From Penicillus capitatus (taxonomy: Eukaryota; Plantae; Chlorophyta), in the NCBI GenBank assembly GCA_965649825.1, contig OZ287697.1, forward strand, positions 434,001-498,000: a DNA stretch of 64,000 nt, given 5' to 3'. Shown here in pieces: positions 36,404-49,953 of the stretch. The stretch's first letter is position 1, and each line of letters opens with the position of its first letter. Made by a program: the position numbers and the translations under genes. The notes under the pieces are model-generated. The model made no database searches. It saw nothing but the letters and a program-made list of their open reading frames with translations, and had not been told where the DNA came from.

Positions 36404-37258
36404 AGATTATTCTTTTCTCTTGTAAACGAACCGAACCTGTCACATCCTTGCAAGATGTGCTACCAGGGGGCGTAACATGAGGGAATGTGTCGTGCAAGAA
36501 GAAATCATGGAAACTACCAAGTTCGAGGGGGACAAGCGCTTCAATCAAAGGGATGCGGACTTTGAACACTAAACTGGAGCTTGCTTTGCAACAGAAAGTT
36601 AAACATCTGCCCATCTCGCCTCTTTGCTTTTATAAGGTTTCCTATTGTTTTGTTGTTGTCTTTGAGCTGAGATCAACCAAGTTTCCAGTGACAATATGTT
36701 TTATGAGGATTTTAACGAGGTTTTAGGGAATTGACGTTTGTGCGTCCTTCCTTGCTGATGAACGGCTGTTTTGTTCCTGAATAAGTTTTTGACGTGGAAT
36801 GGATAGCTCTGGCATGTCTAAGATTTCATTCGCGTATGTAAAATGCAAGTGGGACAGTGAGAAACTGACCCAACAGACATCTGCGGTGTTGTCAACTGTT
36901 AAGAACTGATATTTGAAGGCATGTCCATATACATGTACCAATAAGTTGGTGATCTCGGGCATTTCGAGGCAACAACCGTTTTTACAAGCCATTTGACACC
37001 GCAACAACGGTTAGAAGTTCTATAGGGAGATTTGATTAACAATTCAAAACGCCACCCTCCAACTTCCTTTTGTTCACTTGTGATGATTTCGATATAGCAG
37101 CCACTCAAACTCTGAAGGAGATAACGAATTCGTCTGTGAAAAGAAGGCGTGTACATACATACTACCAACAATATCTCTGGGTGTAGAAGGAAGCGCAATT
37201 ATTATTCATGTCTGTACAGTGGACGCGATACCTGACGGCAGCGACGATCGCACGCGCC

Positions 37259-39673
37259 TCAACGCGATCGGCGTGTCGCATCGCACATGTCAACCTCCCT
37301 TGTATGCTCTAGACATTCAGATGGCGGATCGAATGATCGCCGAGATGCGGAACCTGAATCGCAATGCCCGACGGATGCCAATGCGGTGGACAGACGGTCG
37401 CCATCCCGTGGCACCGAACGCCTTCTTCGTTGGTCAAGCACGGCACGTCGTTGCCGGCAGAGCGTCGGCAACATGGATTGGTACTCAGGAAAGTCGCTGA
37501 GCAGCTTAGAGAAGGCGTGCCTGGCCAACGTCTGCGCATCGACAGCCGTCAAAGCCTAACCGAAGATCGTCAAGCTCAGTCCATCTCTCTGTCTGTCGAT
37601 TCAGTCCGCCAGACCTGAACCGTGGCAGGCCGAAGGTGCGTGTCAAAGAACTCTGTTTCGCCGAAGATCTCGCCATCGGAGAGCACGTCGAAGACGACGC
37701 CGTCAGACCCACGCATCACCTGTGGATATAGAAAGTGCATTGCCACGGCGATAGGTATCGGCGGCGGCATGACTTTGACTTTGCCGGATTTGAGGTAGTA
37801 CATATGGTCGGCGACGTCGCCTTCGTAGAGAATCGTCTCTCCCGGGGCATAGGTCTGAAAGGAGAGATTCGTGACCAGTGCTCGAATGAAGAGCCTGTCA
37901 CATCGCGAGAAAAGATAGGTGTCGCCAATTTTCGTCGACTGATAGAGTGAGAAGAGTGAGATGTGCTGCAAGGAAGGCATTGGTGTTACGTGGATGTGAA
38001 GAAGGATGTCTGTTCGCATGTTATGCGGCAGTTCCTCCAGAAGGGCGTCGTGATCCATGCCTCGGTACTGATTCCACGAGTAATGCAGACTCGAACGCGT
38101 GCGTTTGCACAGCTCCGGTGGCACTCCTCGAGATCTGAGATACTCATCCAGTCGATAACGTTTGTCGCGGAATCTGCCCAACAACAGGAGAGCGTTTCAG
38201 ATCTGACGCCAAAATTAGGCAAGGCCATGGATTTCGTGCACTTTTGAGAAGAGATGTCGAAATTGGCGATGAGAACGGCCACGTTGCCCAGAATCAACGC
38301 CGTGCTCGTTGCTCCAAGAAACATGACGACCATTGTGAACACTCTATCGCGCATACCCCGATGTCTCAGTCATGTGGAGTCGTCCGACGTGTGACCTTTC
38401 GATGTTGGTCTGTGGCGAGATGTCTCCGTATCCCACCGTCGACATCGTCGTGATGGCCCAGTAGACGGCGGCGGTGTACTTTGTTCGGAGATCCGATGTG
38501 AGGTACGTTGCACCGTCGTCGCCAAGAGGGACCTACGCCCATACCAAGTCCTATACGGTTCATCCTGGAATGGCAGCATCGACTTCGATCCAAGCGACGC
38601 CGCCGGTGTAGACATTGGCCCCGACGGTCTCCGCTTCCCATCGCCTGACGCATGTCTCGGGGATCGGATGCAAGCACGAAGAAGATCGCACCCGATGAAG
38701 TACCAGATGCAGCCGCACCAATGACACGCCATAAGAAAACTGACGACCATTTTGAAGATCCTTGAAAGACTCGGAGAGAAATGGCTGCCCTTGAAGCCGC
38801 GAAACAACCGAGCTGAGTAAGGGACACGCAGATGCACGTGCGGACGACACAAAGGCGGGTTACCTGTTCTGAGCAACTTGGGCAGGAGGTAGAGATTCGT
38901 TGCGATGTGACCATCGATTTTGTCCTCCTTGGCAATACCTACGCCGCCATGCCGCGTTGCGTCGTTGCTCCGTGTGGCGTACTGGCAGCTAAGGCATCAT
39001 AGGGAAAGTTGGCGACGAGATCCAGCCAGAAAAAGTATCTCACATATCTCCGGACGATATCTGCCGATGACATACGGATCGTCATACGGCCATCGACGAA
39101 TCCAGTTCGAAAAGACAAGAGCATATCGATCCAGAAGATAGCATCCACCCAAACCATCAGCCACTAAAGACACACGTCACATCACCCTCGATTGCTAGGA
39201 CGCAACAGATCCTCACGCGTTCGTCATGATCGATGCAGGCGTTGTCGGTATCTTCTGTGACGTGTCGACACCCTTGCTGAACTCTGAACGCCATTTGCCA
39301 TGGAATAACGATCGAACTGAACAGAACCTGACAGGCATTGCGGTTAGCCAGGCGAGAGACGATTGTCGTCAGGTAGACCAGTAGAGAGACCAACCGTTCC
39401 CAGCTGCGTTTGAACGTTGAGAGGGGATGGATGATACCGGTAACCACATTGCACAGCTGTCTTGGCATGTGCCATATCCACTTACGCCAATCCCACGGCG
39501 CCGCATCCCTGAAACGCACAGGTCGTCGCTGAGATCGCGGGCAGTACGGTGTCGTTTCACGGCGGCGTCTTCGCCGCTAAATGACGTCGGTATCTAGCAA
39601 TGACCAAAGACACAGTGTCTGGCGTCAGCGACGACTGGACAATACCTGTATCCGAAGACGGTCTCCTCTTCAT
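37259..39673 (-). CDS. Voltage-gated K+ channel with cyclic-nucleotide-binding domain (Shaker-like/KCNH type)
   Basis: IIHPLS..W, FRTGFV, FWLDLVANFP, HWCGCIWY, YWAITTMSTVGYGDI pore, C-linker, CNBD YAPGETILYEGD..GEIFGE. Start approximate. Confidence 0.9.
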
Positions 39674-39843
39674 GGTTGGCGACGTCGATCTTCGTGTCCA
39701 TGACGTCGCGTCACACGGCGGATGGCGAAATCTGGACAGTCGTGGCGAAGGGCGCACGCCAGATGGGCGAAATGGAGTCGTCTTCGCCGCATGCGACGCT
39801 TCGGCACATCGACTCGATCTGAATCAGACCACTGCCATCTCGA

Positions 39844-41208
39844 ATGACAGAGACGGATGAAAAGACAGAGGAACGGAAAAAGAAATGCGAGCTCTGGACG
39901 TCGCTGTCACGTCTGACCTTTCGCATCTGTCTACCTCTGGTGATAACGGGCATCGGTGTTGGATGTCTCGTCGGAATCCTCGTCCCTGACATCCTCTGCT
40001 CAGATCTCTTCGACGTATCTCATGGATCCACTATTTCCTCGATCACGATATCGAGACGCTGTGTTTAGAACGGACGTGATACAAAGCAGAGACTCTCTGT
40101 GTGTCTCTTTCACCCAGAGACAAAGGGCGGGACGCGCACCGCCAAGGCAATCTTATGGTCGATCTTGCACTTTGCATGGTGTTGTTTGCCTCATCTGATG
40201 CGGGAGGTCACCTCTGAACCGCCCAGAGTGCGCATTCTATGACCACGGCAGGCGTCATGTGGAATGGCACATGGCGACTAGGTTTGCAAAGCGGCCGCCG
40301 TCACAGGAGTTGCCTTCGGCGTCGGCGGCATCGTCTTGACGAATATTTACCTTTTTGTTTGGGAACAGACACTGGAGAACTTTGCCTTTACTATTCCCTT
40401 CAGTACTGACGATCCAATTGATCACATCCTGCACTGTACATAAGCGTTTGTGCATCCAGTGGCTGTTGTCTCTGTGTCCGGCATCGTCGCCGACAGCCGC
40501 ATTCACAAGAAGACTCCTTTCGCCCAGGCGGCCCGACTGTACAGCTCGCTCGCTTGGACAGCGGGATACGCCGCGACGGTCCTCGAGACGCATGTCATAT
40601 CAAAGTAACATACATCTCTCCTTCCAGACGCCATTTCTAATGCCTGCCATCACCAAACGAGGTCCCTGACGAACGGCGCCGATCCAACTGAGCTCTTCAT
40701 TCTTCGATACGTTTTCCATTCTCTCGGGTGGTGCCTCATCGACACTCTTCTGCGTCAGTCGATGCGTCTAGCTGGTGTGTTGCATCAACTCGGCTGTCTC
40801 ATCCCATCTGCTTTTGTGACGCGTAGGTGTGCACGGCTCCTTGGCAGACGTCTGTCTTCTGTTGCCATTCAAGACGTGCCGTTCGCTGTACGGGTGGTAC
40901 CTCACTCTCCAGACGCGCCGCGTCTTCGGTTACGCGCACTGCGTCTTTGGATGCCTCGCGGCTCACCAAATCGTCTCTGTCGTCGCCAACAAAAGCCAAG
41001 ACCTCTGGCTGCTCAAACTCATCCACGGCAAAGCCGCTGCCGAAGTAGCGTCGCAGATCTAATAGCATTCGTCGCAATATATGTGCATTTCTCAAAGGCC
41101 CTCGTTGCCAGTCGTGCGGAAACGCTGCTCGAGCTTACGGACAGAGTCGCCGATGTCCTGTCGGATACTGCCGGCAAGACCCATTCCAAAGACGAAGGAC
41201 TCTCGTGA
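39844..41208 (+). CDS. Hypothetical protein with an N-terminal transmembrane helix (multi-exon)
   Basis: MTETDEK..LPLVITGIGVGCLVGILV followed by short exons with GT-AG boundaries; family not recognised. Confidence 0.4.
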
Positions 41209-43046
41209 AACCGCTCGTTCTCTCGCAGGTCTCGCCGTCATCGGCAGTCTCGTGTTGTCGACGCCCGATTCCTCCGTCCAGCAAGACGAGGCCTTCTCTC
41301 AACTGCCACTTGGGGCCATCATCTGCGTCGCTGCCTTGATCACCGTCTTTGTGCACCTCATCGGTTTCCTCTTCGCAGATCACCTGCATCAAGCAGACGT
41401 TGCTCCGAGCCTGGGCGCCATGTCCCTCATCCCTGCGCTGCCGTTCGGCGTCGTCCTCGTCATTTTTGTTGGTCTCGACGTCGTTCTGCGCGCTTTGGGG
41501 ACCATCTGTGTCGATTCGAAATACACGCAGCTGCTGTGCTGTGATTGAACATCGCGTGATAGCGACAGGCGACTTAAACGTCACTTTCATGGTGTGTTCT
41601 TGCAGTTCATCCGATGAACACATCGCGCGCCCACATGACGCGGCCCGCGTCGTCCCATCCGTCGTGACATCGATACGTCTGCGAAGAAGGCCACTCGATC
41701 GCATCCCTCTCTTTCTCCTTAACATCGCCATTCTACACGAAGCGTCTCTCTTCCTTCTTTACGTGGCGCATCTCTTTCGCCAGGCACGCCTATGTGTATG
41801 GCAGGAAGGATGGATTGAATTTTGGTTTTTGCATGCGACTGAGAAGCCGATGGCGGAGTGCCATGTAAGGAGGCTTCTGTTACGCGATCAAATGTCCGAT
41901 CTGTCGAGATGTGTATCGGGAGATGTGCCTGTCTTGTCAAGCAAGGACGAGAAATGAAGAAGTAGATCTGTCCGATACTGCTGCCACATAGTCTACTCAT
42001 GCGCCTCGGATCACCAAGCGACATCATTCCTACGCCGAAGGCTGCAAAGGACGGCGGAATACGGAATATGGATGGATGAAGATCCGAGAGCAATACATCG
42101 AAGTGATCCCAACCGGCAGCGAGATGACAACCGATACGATCGACGTAGGTGATCCACCAGAAACGGAACGTCTCCCAGAACAATACCATCTGCAGTCGAT
42201 CTTCCAGCAGACGGGCGATCAAACAAGTGGAGACACAACAGACTGCGAGAAAACAGACCTGTGCAACAGTCGAGGATCAGATGTGCGAGACTCCGTTCGT
42301 GGATCGTTTTCTGTACGAATCATAAAAAGCGTCTCCTGTGTTTTTGACTTCTGACACGCGCTTTCCCCTTGTTAGGGGGGTCTCATTGAAGACGATATCA
42401 CATTGGCTGGAAGCGGAGTTGATGTGACAGCTAGAGTGGACGGCTCTGTAATACTGAGCATCAATCACAGTCGCGATTCTGGTACTCCTTCTGCTCACGT
42501 CCTCCTCGCCTTCTCATCAGCTTCGTGTTGATGGACATGTGTCTCCCATCAAGGGCACCAACGCTGTTGCTTAGATGGCGGATCATCAAATCGATCAATG
42601 CCATTGTTCAGTTGGATTCCGGATGGCCGCTGCCCGGATCGTACAGCATCACAATTGCAGTTCATCCTTATGGATCTGAGGAAAATTCCAAACCATGTTC
42701 ATATCCAACAGCTGTTGGTGAATGCTGATGTAAGGTATACTGCCTCCTATGTATTGACAGAGCAACCCAGTATAACCCAACCCAGTTCACAGAATCTTGC
42801 TAACGCCTTCTGTTCAGGTTACCGAATCCCACTACCGCCCACAATTTTGCCTGTTCCTACTACATTCCGATGCGGAGCTGCATCGAATTGCGGAGATGTC
42901 GAGATTCCCGCAGGGGGACAGTTCTTTTCCGCAGCCTGGTCAGTGTCCACGTCAATGCTAACCAGAATCGGAGTTAGGCAGCGCGTCTCTTTGCTTTGCT
43001 GTGCTTGCTGTCTGCGATGACGAGTCCCTCCAACTGACGAGGACAA
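41135..43046 (-). other. Probable unidentified coding region(s)
   Basis: Long minus-strand ORFs (198 and 167 aa) and splice-like sites; no family recognised and exons unresolved. Confidence 0.25.
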
Positions 43047-43922
43047 AAGCTTCTAGAACCTCACAATGGTTGACGGTTCGTACTCGTTTGCCTCGAACCT
43101 TCCTTCACGGTGAATAAGCGATCAGCCGGGCTGTTCATCGCGAGCGTTTGCAACCACACGTTATCACTGGTTGCTCTACTGCAGGGCATTCTTAGGGCCG
43201 CGGCACGTCAATGCCCCGACGAAACATGTATAACCTCACGGTCGTCGACACGAGGCGCCATCGACTGTCTGTTCTGTCGATACCACGCGTAGATCTACCG
43301 AATGCTGTTGCCGATCCGTTATATTCGAGTGACGTTCGTGTCTTTGTTGTGTCTCGTGTGGCGATCCACGGCGGGATCAACGGCAACCGATTTTTCCGCG
43401 TCAGCGGCACGACCACTACATAGGGTTTTGCCTAAGAGGACACATCGGGCACAACACCGTCTCAGTTTGTGCACTTCGTTATCGTTATCCTGCTTTAGCC
43501 ATCTGGCGATACACGTTGTGTTTTGTTCGGCCGACATTCGACGCGTCAGGGCCACATATCTCGATGGCATGGTCGACGGTTACTCTCAAAGTCATCTGTC
43601 GTTTCGGGTCGCTTCTTTGGTTCAGTAATCTTTTTCGCGTTGCTATAGAAAGCCGCTGGCTCGTTTGACACAGCATCGTGGTCTGAAGTTCCTCGTAGTT
43701 TGGGTACGATCCGCAGTGAAATTTCGCTTCGTATGACGAACGAAAAAGAGCTTTATTCGCACGTCCTCCACATCCATCCGCCGTCGCGTGTCTCCAGGAT
43801 ACTACCGCCGTTCACCGCCCCCTACTGCAACGAAGTAAGCGCTCTTCGGAACAGCTGTCCCGCACACCGTTCGAAATTGGCGCATGCCCATTCGACCTCG
43901 CCCTTGTGAATAGGTTGCGGGA

Positions 43923-46118
43923 ATGCAGCAGTACAGTTGCGTCCAGCAAAGCTACGGCACGGAGACCATCTACGATAGAGAACACGTCGCGCGCTTCGCT
44001 CATCCGAACGGTAAGTCATACTTCGGTCTCCTTCGATCTCTCTGGATGAGTGTCGGCCGAGAGCGACTGTTGGTGTGTGCAGTAGATGCGTTCCGCGGCG
44101 TGAGAGAATCCATTCCCCGAGAAGGAGAAGGAGGAGTCGGATACGAATGTCCACAGGGAGGGTTATCTGCTGTCACTGTTCGACAAGCCCCTCGCATCCA
44201 TGTCCCGTCAAGGCATGGCTATCCTTGTGGCCCTGTCTTGTGTCCTCAAGCTCCCGCGGTGTCACATCCGAAATCTGCCAGTCTGGCACCGCCGTGGATG
44301 TTTCCATGCCCACCAACGACGACGGCCACATCCCCGTCTGCTTATGCCTTTGCTCCGTCTATGCCTTGCATTCCCCCATCCTCCATCTACCACCCAGTCG
44401 TCTACCCACAGCCGATGTTCCTCCAATACATGCCGCATCCTATGTCGCCTCGGATCCATCCCATTGAGAGAGGGGCGACAAACGCAAGTGATGCTGAGCA
44501 AATGGATGGAGGAGAAGCCCGTTTGGCATTTGTATGCTCTTCGCATTCTCTACCGAATTCTCACTTTGTTGTGCTTGAAGCCTTCGGCGCCGATGGCTTC
44601 GACAGGAAATGACACGGAGCGCTCTCGATATCCAGTGGAGAAAGGAACATCGCGGGGACGCATCGGTAAGACAACGGAGAGGACGACACGCAACGGCAGG
44701 AATTCTTCTCGTGTGCGTTCGTCTTCTGCGCCGACCGACGAGTCGACGGTGAACCCGAAACTCAACTGCATCAACGATCGCGTCTTATCCAACTTCAAAA
44801 CGAGCAAATCGGAGCAGTTCAAACTCACGGTATGCAGTATGCGTGCGTGCATGGCGACACGTACGTCGATGACGGACGGACTGTTTAGGACATTCGCGGC
44901 CATCTTTTAGCTTTTTGTTTGGATCAGGCAGGAAGTCGCTTCATTCAGGACCAGCTTACAGTTTGCACCCTTCAAGAAACCGATGTCGTCCACGAGGAAC
45001 TTGCCCCTCATGCACTCACGCTCATGCGTGACGTCTTCGGAAATTATATCATACAAGTGCGTCCGCCAGCGTCTGATCGTTTTTCACATTCGCGACTAAC
45101 CGTCGTCGTTGGTCGCAGATTTTGATCCAGAAAGGTTCGCAAGAAAACTGCAAGTATATGGCGGAGATCATCAAAGAACATACCATCACCCTCAGTCTGC
45201 ATGTCTACGGTTGTCGCGTTGTACAAAAAGCATTGGAAGTCATGGATGATCCCCATCGCCTCCATATCATCAGAAAACTGGAGACGCACGTGGCGCGGTG
45301 CATCAAAGACATGAACGGCAACCACGTCATTCAAAAGGCGATACGTGTATTCCCCCTCGATGCCATTCCATTTATCGTGAAAGCCGTTCATGAACGCGTA
45401 AGAGCATGATGCCTGCCCTCAAGGCAGTGCCTGATCGAAGTGCTTGTGTTGTAGACTCTGTCATTCTCTGTACATCCCTATGGCTGTCGTGTCGTTCAAC
45501 GCATACTGGAGAGGGAAGACGATTGCCAGGAACAGCAAAAGGTGAAGGAGAGTATTATGTCGACCATCGTGGAGAATGTGGGAGAGCTCAGTCAAGACCT
45601 CTATGGAAACTATGTTGTTCAGCACGTCTTGCGTTATTCTTGTGCCGATCTTCGGACGAAAGCCATCGAGACATTGATGTCGGCTCCCGTTGACTATGCA
45701 TGCCACAAATACGCCAGCAATGTACTGGAGCAGGCATTACTCAGTGGCGACCGTCAGGAAAGACAAGACATGGTGCATGCCATAATCAGCTCGCCTCGTC
45801 GCGGAGACGCTGGCGATGCGCTCAGCATGTTGACGACGAATCGCTTCGGCAATTACGTCGTGCAAAGGATGCTGGATGTGAGCTTCAGCCGGCATTCTCA
45901 CTCTTTTCTCACACATGAATGTATGGTGTGATCAGGTGGTTGAGGATGAGCTCAAGTGTGTGTTAGTCAGTTGCATTGGACAGCGTATGAAAACTTTGAA
46001 AAAGTTCAAGTACGGTAAGCACATCGTCGCCAGGGTGGAGAGAATGATGTCGCGTCCAACCTCTGAGACGGAGGAGGTTTCAGAAGGCGAATCTTTTTGT
46101 GCTTACACCGTTGCCTAG
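43923..46118 (+). CDS. PUM: Pumilio/PUF RNA-binding protein
   Basis: Eight PUF repeats: DQAGSRFIQ, DVFGNYIIQ, YGCRVVQK, NGNHVIQK, PYGCRVVQR, YGNYVVQH, KYASNVLEQ, FGNYVVQR, ending KYGKHIV. Start approximate. Confidence 0.93.
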
Positions 46119-46738
46119 TCATTCAATGAGATGTTTTTCGATTCCTCAGCTAATTGCCTGAATTTCTTTTCCTCGTAGCATACTTACAATTCATACGACA
46201 CACCACGTGCCTTTTTGCGTACATAAATCAGACGTCTTGACGCTGGTGTGTTCGTTGGTTACCATGAGAGATATGTCCGTCCACCAAGATCTCTCGCGGC
46301 TAGCTTTGAAACACATTCATAATGCCTTTACAGCCAGAGAATCATGATTGCGAACTGATTGATGCTGTGCGTAGCCGATATGACATGTTGTATCAGCAAT
46401 ACCGCCAGAAGAAACAAACCTTAGCGTTCAGCACTGCTCGTTTGTTTGTTTATCCGACATGACGACTTTGGGGAACGTTGATGCGACTCGAGAAGTTTTC
46501 GGCTTTTATTCTTCGCCAAAGGGCGAGAGACAGCACCGTTTGGGTTCTTCTCTTTCAACAATTTGCTGCTTCCCTTGTTTTTTACTTGAATAAATTGATC
46601 TCGGGGCTGCGCTGTTGTGGTATCAAATCTCAATCTGAGGCAAAAAACGTGAAACGCCTTTTGTTGAATTTATGGGTCCATTGCTGAGGACCGCCACTGT
46701 GGCAGAAAAGTATTTTGCAGTAGGGGTTTTCGCTTAAG

Positions 46739-46756
46739 AACAACAACAACAACAAC
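46739..46756 (+). repeat. (AAC)6 microsatellite
   Basis: aacaacaacaacaacaac followed by degenerate caa units. Confidence 0.85.
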
Positions 46757-47407
46757 TTATGACAACAATACCAACAAGGACAACGACACTAGAAAAAAGA
46801 ACAACCACACCCTCCCTAACAGTCGTTCTGCTGATTTGGATCATCATGCATTTGTCGGGCTGGGTTTTCTTAGTCGTTCGCCACTATTGCACACATAAAA
46901 CAATGATCCACTTCCGCTGAGGGACGATCGCATCTCCCGTTTCTACGAACACTATTACCTCAGTTGACGGCGAGCTGTCTCGGAACTCGATCGGGCAACG
47001 AAAATCAACCATCCTCAATCCCGTGTAAATGAAATATCGTGGCTTATGTATTCATCGCATGACCGGCGACGCTGAGAAAGAACTGACATAGTTTTATGAG
47101 GTTACGGCTCGCGGTTGTCATTGGCTGGGCAACGGAACAGGATTCTTTGTTTTTGCGCTTTTTTGTTTTTTATTCTTGGGTCTCTTTGGGCCACAATTCT
47201 GTCGATTCGTACCATTCCTATACGTTAACTCTATCTGGCGAAGAACTGAAAGTACTGATGAAGTGTCGAAAACAGTTATGTTCGTTGTTTAAAGCGTTTG
47301 GATGTGTTGTCACCAATCTGTCAGATCTTAAACGGCGAGTTAAGCACGAAACGTCACATCATTTTGTCCTTCGGGTCTGTTTAATGTCGAGTAGTCTGTG
47401 CTCAGCC

Positions 47408-48024
47408 ATGCAGGGCCTCGCCCTAGCAGACGGGCGTTCCTTCTTCACCGGCGGGACACGCCTCGCGACGCGTTCCGTCTCGGCTGCTCCACTGAGCGAC
47501 GACGGATTCTTTGTCGAAGCGGCGCACAAGAAGGGAGCAGGATCGACGAAAAATGGCAGAGATTCCATCTCGAAGAGACGCGGCGTCAAAGTCTATGGTA
47601 TGCAGAAAGTGAAAGCCGGCGGCATTATCATTCGCCAACTCGGCACAAAGGTTGGGCAGTCTCTGCCGCTGTCCCCTCTTACCTCACACCGGACACCTTC
47701 TGTCTTTTCAGTTTCATCCTGGTGAGAATGTTGGGCTCGGTCGCGACTACACCATCTTTGCCAAGGAGGAAGGTATTGTCCTTTTCGAACGGGGCAAGAA
47801 ATCGAGGAAGCTGGTGCGAAGCTCGAGATCCCTCATCGTATGCGCTCATACTTTCTGTCTAGATCTCGGTCTACCCTAAAGAGCATCCCAAAATCCAAGC
47901 CAAATTGCCGAAGAAAGAGCCGAGGGATCGGCCGTCACGTCGCGAACGGTGGCTGGCGCAACACACACCTCGTGCCGTTCAAAGGGAACAGGCTCGACAA
48001 CAACAGGCATCGGAGAAAGCGTGA
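47408..48024 (+). CDS. RPL27: Plastid ribosomal protein L27 (bL27c) with transit peptide
   Basis: [35 protein letters not shown]|[17 protein letters not shown]. Confidence 0.95.
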
Positions 48025-48036
48025 CCGAGTCAACGG

Positions 48037-49000
48037 TTAGACACGAGAGATATAGACTTCACGTTTTGTATCGATGCGAACGATGTCATCTTTTTGCACA
48101 AAGAGTGGTGCCGAGACGACGGCGCCCGTTTCGAGTGTGACCGGATGCGTTCCGCCCTGGACGGTGTTGCCCTTGAACCCGATCCCGGCTTCGATCACTT
48201 GTAGCTCAACAGTGGCCGGAGGATCCACGCCAATTACCTTGCCTAGTCACACTTTTGCCCAGTAAAAGTGTGAGAAGACACGAAAGTGACACGTACCTTG
48301 GTAGATGGACAGCATCACGTCGGTGCCTTCTTTGACGTACTTCGCCCAGGATTCGTCCTACGTCTCAGTCAGATCAAAGAGTGAGATAGAAAAGAGTGAC
48401 CTTAGTCACACGGATTTCTTCGAAGGACGTCATGTCCATGAATACATACTGAAAAGAACAACGTCATGTAAGGAAAAGGGATGCGGAGATGCACTTCGCC
48501 GCCATCCATGTACGTTAGCTGCGATCCCAAGCGTTGGACATCGGCCGTGTTCAGAACCTCTCCTGCCCGAAACGTCTTGTCAACCACACCGCCTGTAATG
48601 CAGTTCTTAAGCTTCGAACGAACAAACGCCGCTCCCTTTCCTGGCTTCACATGCAGAAATTCTGAGCATCTCACAGCAAGAGTCATGATCCAAAGAGAGT
48701 GACAAAGAGTGAGTATCTCGCCTACGACCCTGAAGGGCTGATCGTTGATTTCGAGCGTCATGCCATTCTTCAGGTCATTCGAAGAGATCGCCCCAGCGTA
48801 GACGCGAAACGGTTTCGTTCGGAGAGACACCTAAGAGAGCTCTTTCGCTAAGTATGTGCCGAAAGCGATGGATCGCGTGCATTCGGACGGTCTGTCGAAA
48901 GAACCCCTCTGCCGTGTAGGAACGTCGATCGGGCACGCATCTCGTCGAACCTGACCCTGACCATATACATTAACGAAAATGATTTTCATTCGACGGTGGA
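48037..49000 (-). CDS. efp: Elongation factor P, organellar (likely plastid); start approximate
   Basis: ISSNDLKNGMTLE, HVKPGKGAAFVRSKLKN, KTFRAGE, KGNTVQGG, LETGAVVSAPLFV. Confidence 0.93.
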
Positions 49001-49953
49001 CGGACGCGACATCCAGCGACGATCGACAGACGCAACGTGCATCCCTCACAGCGTCGTTTAGTCGCGAGACGCTCTTCGCGTTTTCTTTGCCGCTCTATCG
49101 CAGAGAGCATCTCTGCAGGCGTCGCGCTGCAAAGGGAGACCGAATACAGCATGATCTGTAAGAGGCCGTTTAGATCAAGAGGCCAGATTTCGATGTGAGC
49201 GTTATCGTTGAGGTACTGCCATGACGTCAGTATCTTCCAGAATGCAGTACACGCAACAGTGGTACCTGCATCGAAAGGAGAAAGGCCCTAGAAGGTTACT
49301 GCCGATACGCTTAACAACCTTAGTCGCAGAATCCGCTGCGAACGGTCCAGTTTTCTTCCGTTATTCTACTGTCTGCTCGCCGCGTCGTTGAAATAACTAA
49401 AGGGAGTGAGAAACGGTAGAGATTTTCCTTTGAAGTCAATGCCTGATGCGAAATGTGCCCAGGTCTCAGCAGAATCGTACCCGACCGCGACGCGCGCAGA
49501 CGCTGTTTCCCACAAAGCGTGTTGAGGAATCGAATGGAGACGTTGCCGAGAGGACCCATACGCTCGGACGGGCGAAATTCTCGAACAGCACGGCATTGCA
49601 CGTCGTCCTCGTGTTTGGCGTATTGTCGACATGTGTCACATACATGTCCGTCGTGCGCGTGTCAACTCTGTCGCCGCGCGAAAACGGCAGAAGGCGGAGT
49701 TTGCGTAGTACAGGAGTGCCGAAACATTTGAGGGGTTTTTGGAGCGATTGGTGCTCGACATGATAATCGATCGCATGGTGTGCCTGTTGTCTCCCACGTG
49801 GCCTCCGAGTCGAGCGGACACCGTCACGTCGTGAGCCATACAAACAGTGAAGCGTTTGAACAGGTTTTATAACAAACAAGCGTTTCTCCGCAAAATCCTC
49901 TACAGGATGTCTATTCACTCTATGCCTCGTCTGACATTTCATCACCACCGACG

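Noticed and set aside
36420-37200. AT-richer stretch with ~95-aa minus ORFs as a TE remnant or foreign DNA
   Set aside because: No terminal repeats or domain motifs seen.
41081-41957. Hydrophobic plus-strand ORFs as a membrane protein
   Set aside because: More likely antisense of an acidic minus-strand frame.
49320-49950. YTH domain downstream of CPSF30 (plant long form)
   Set aside because: No YFxxKS or GxWAT-like motifs found in any minus-strand frame; the CDS stops at 49954.
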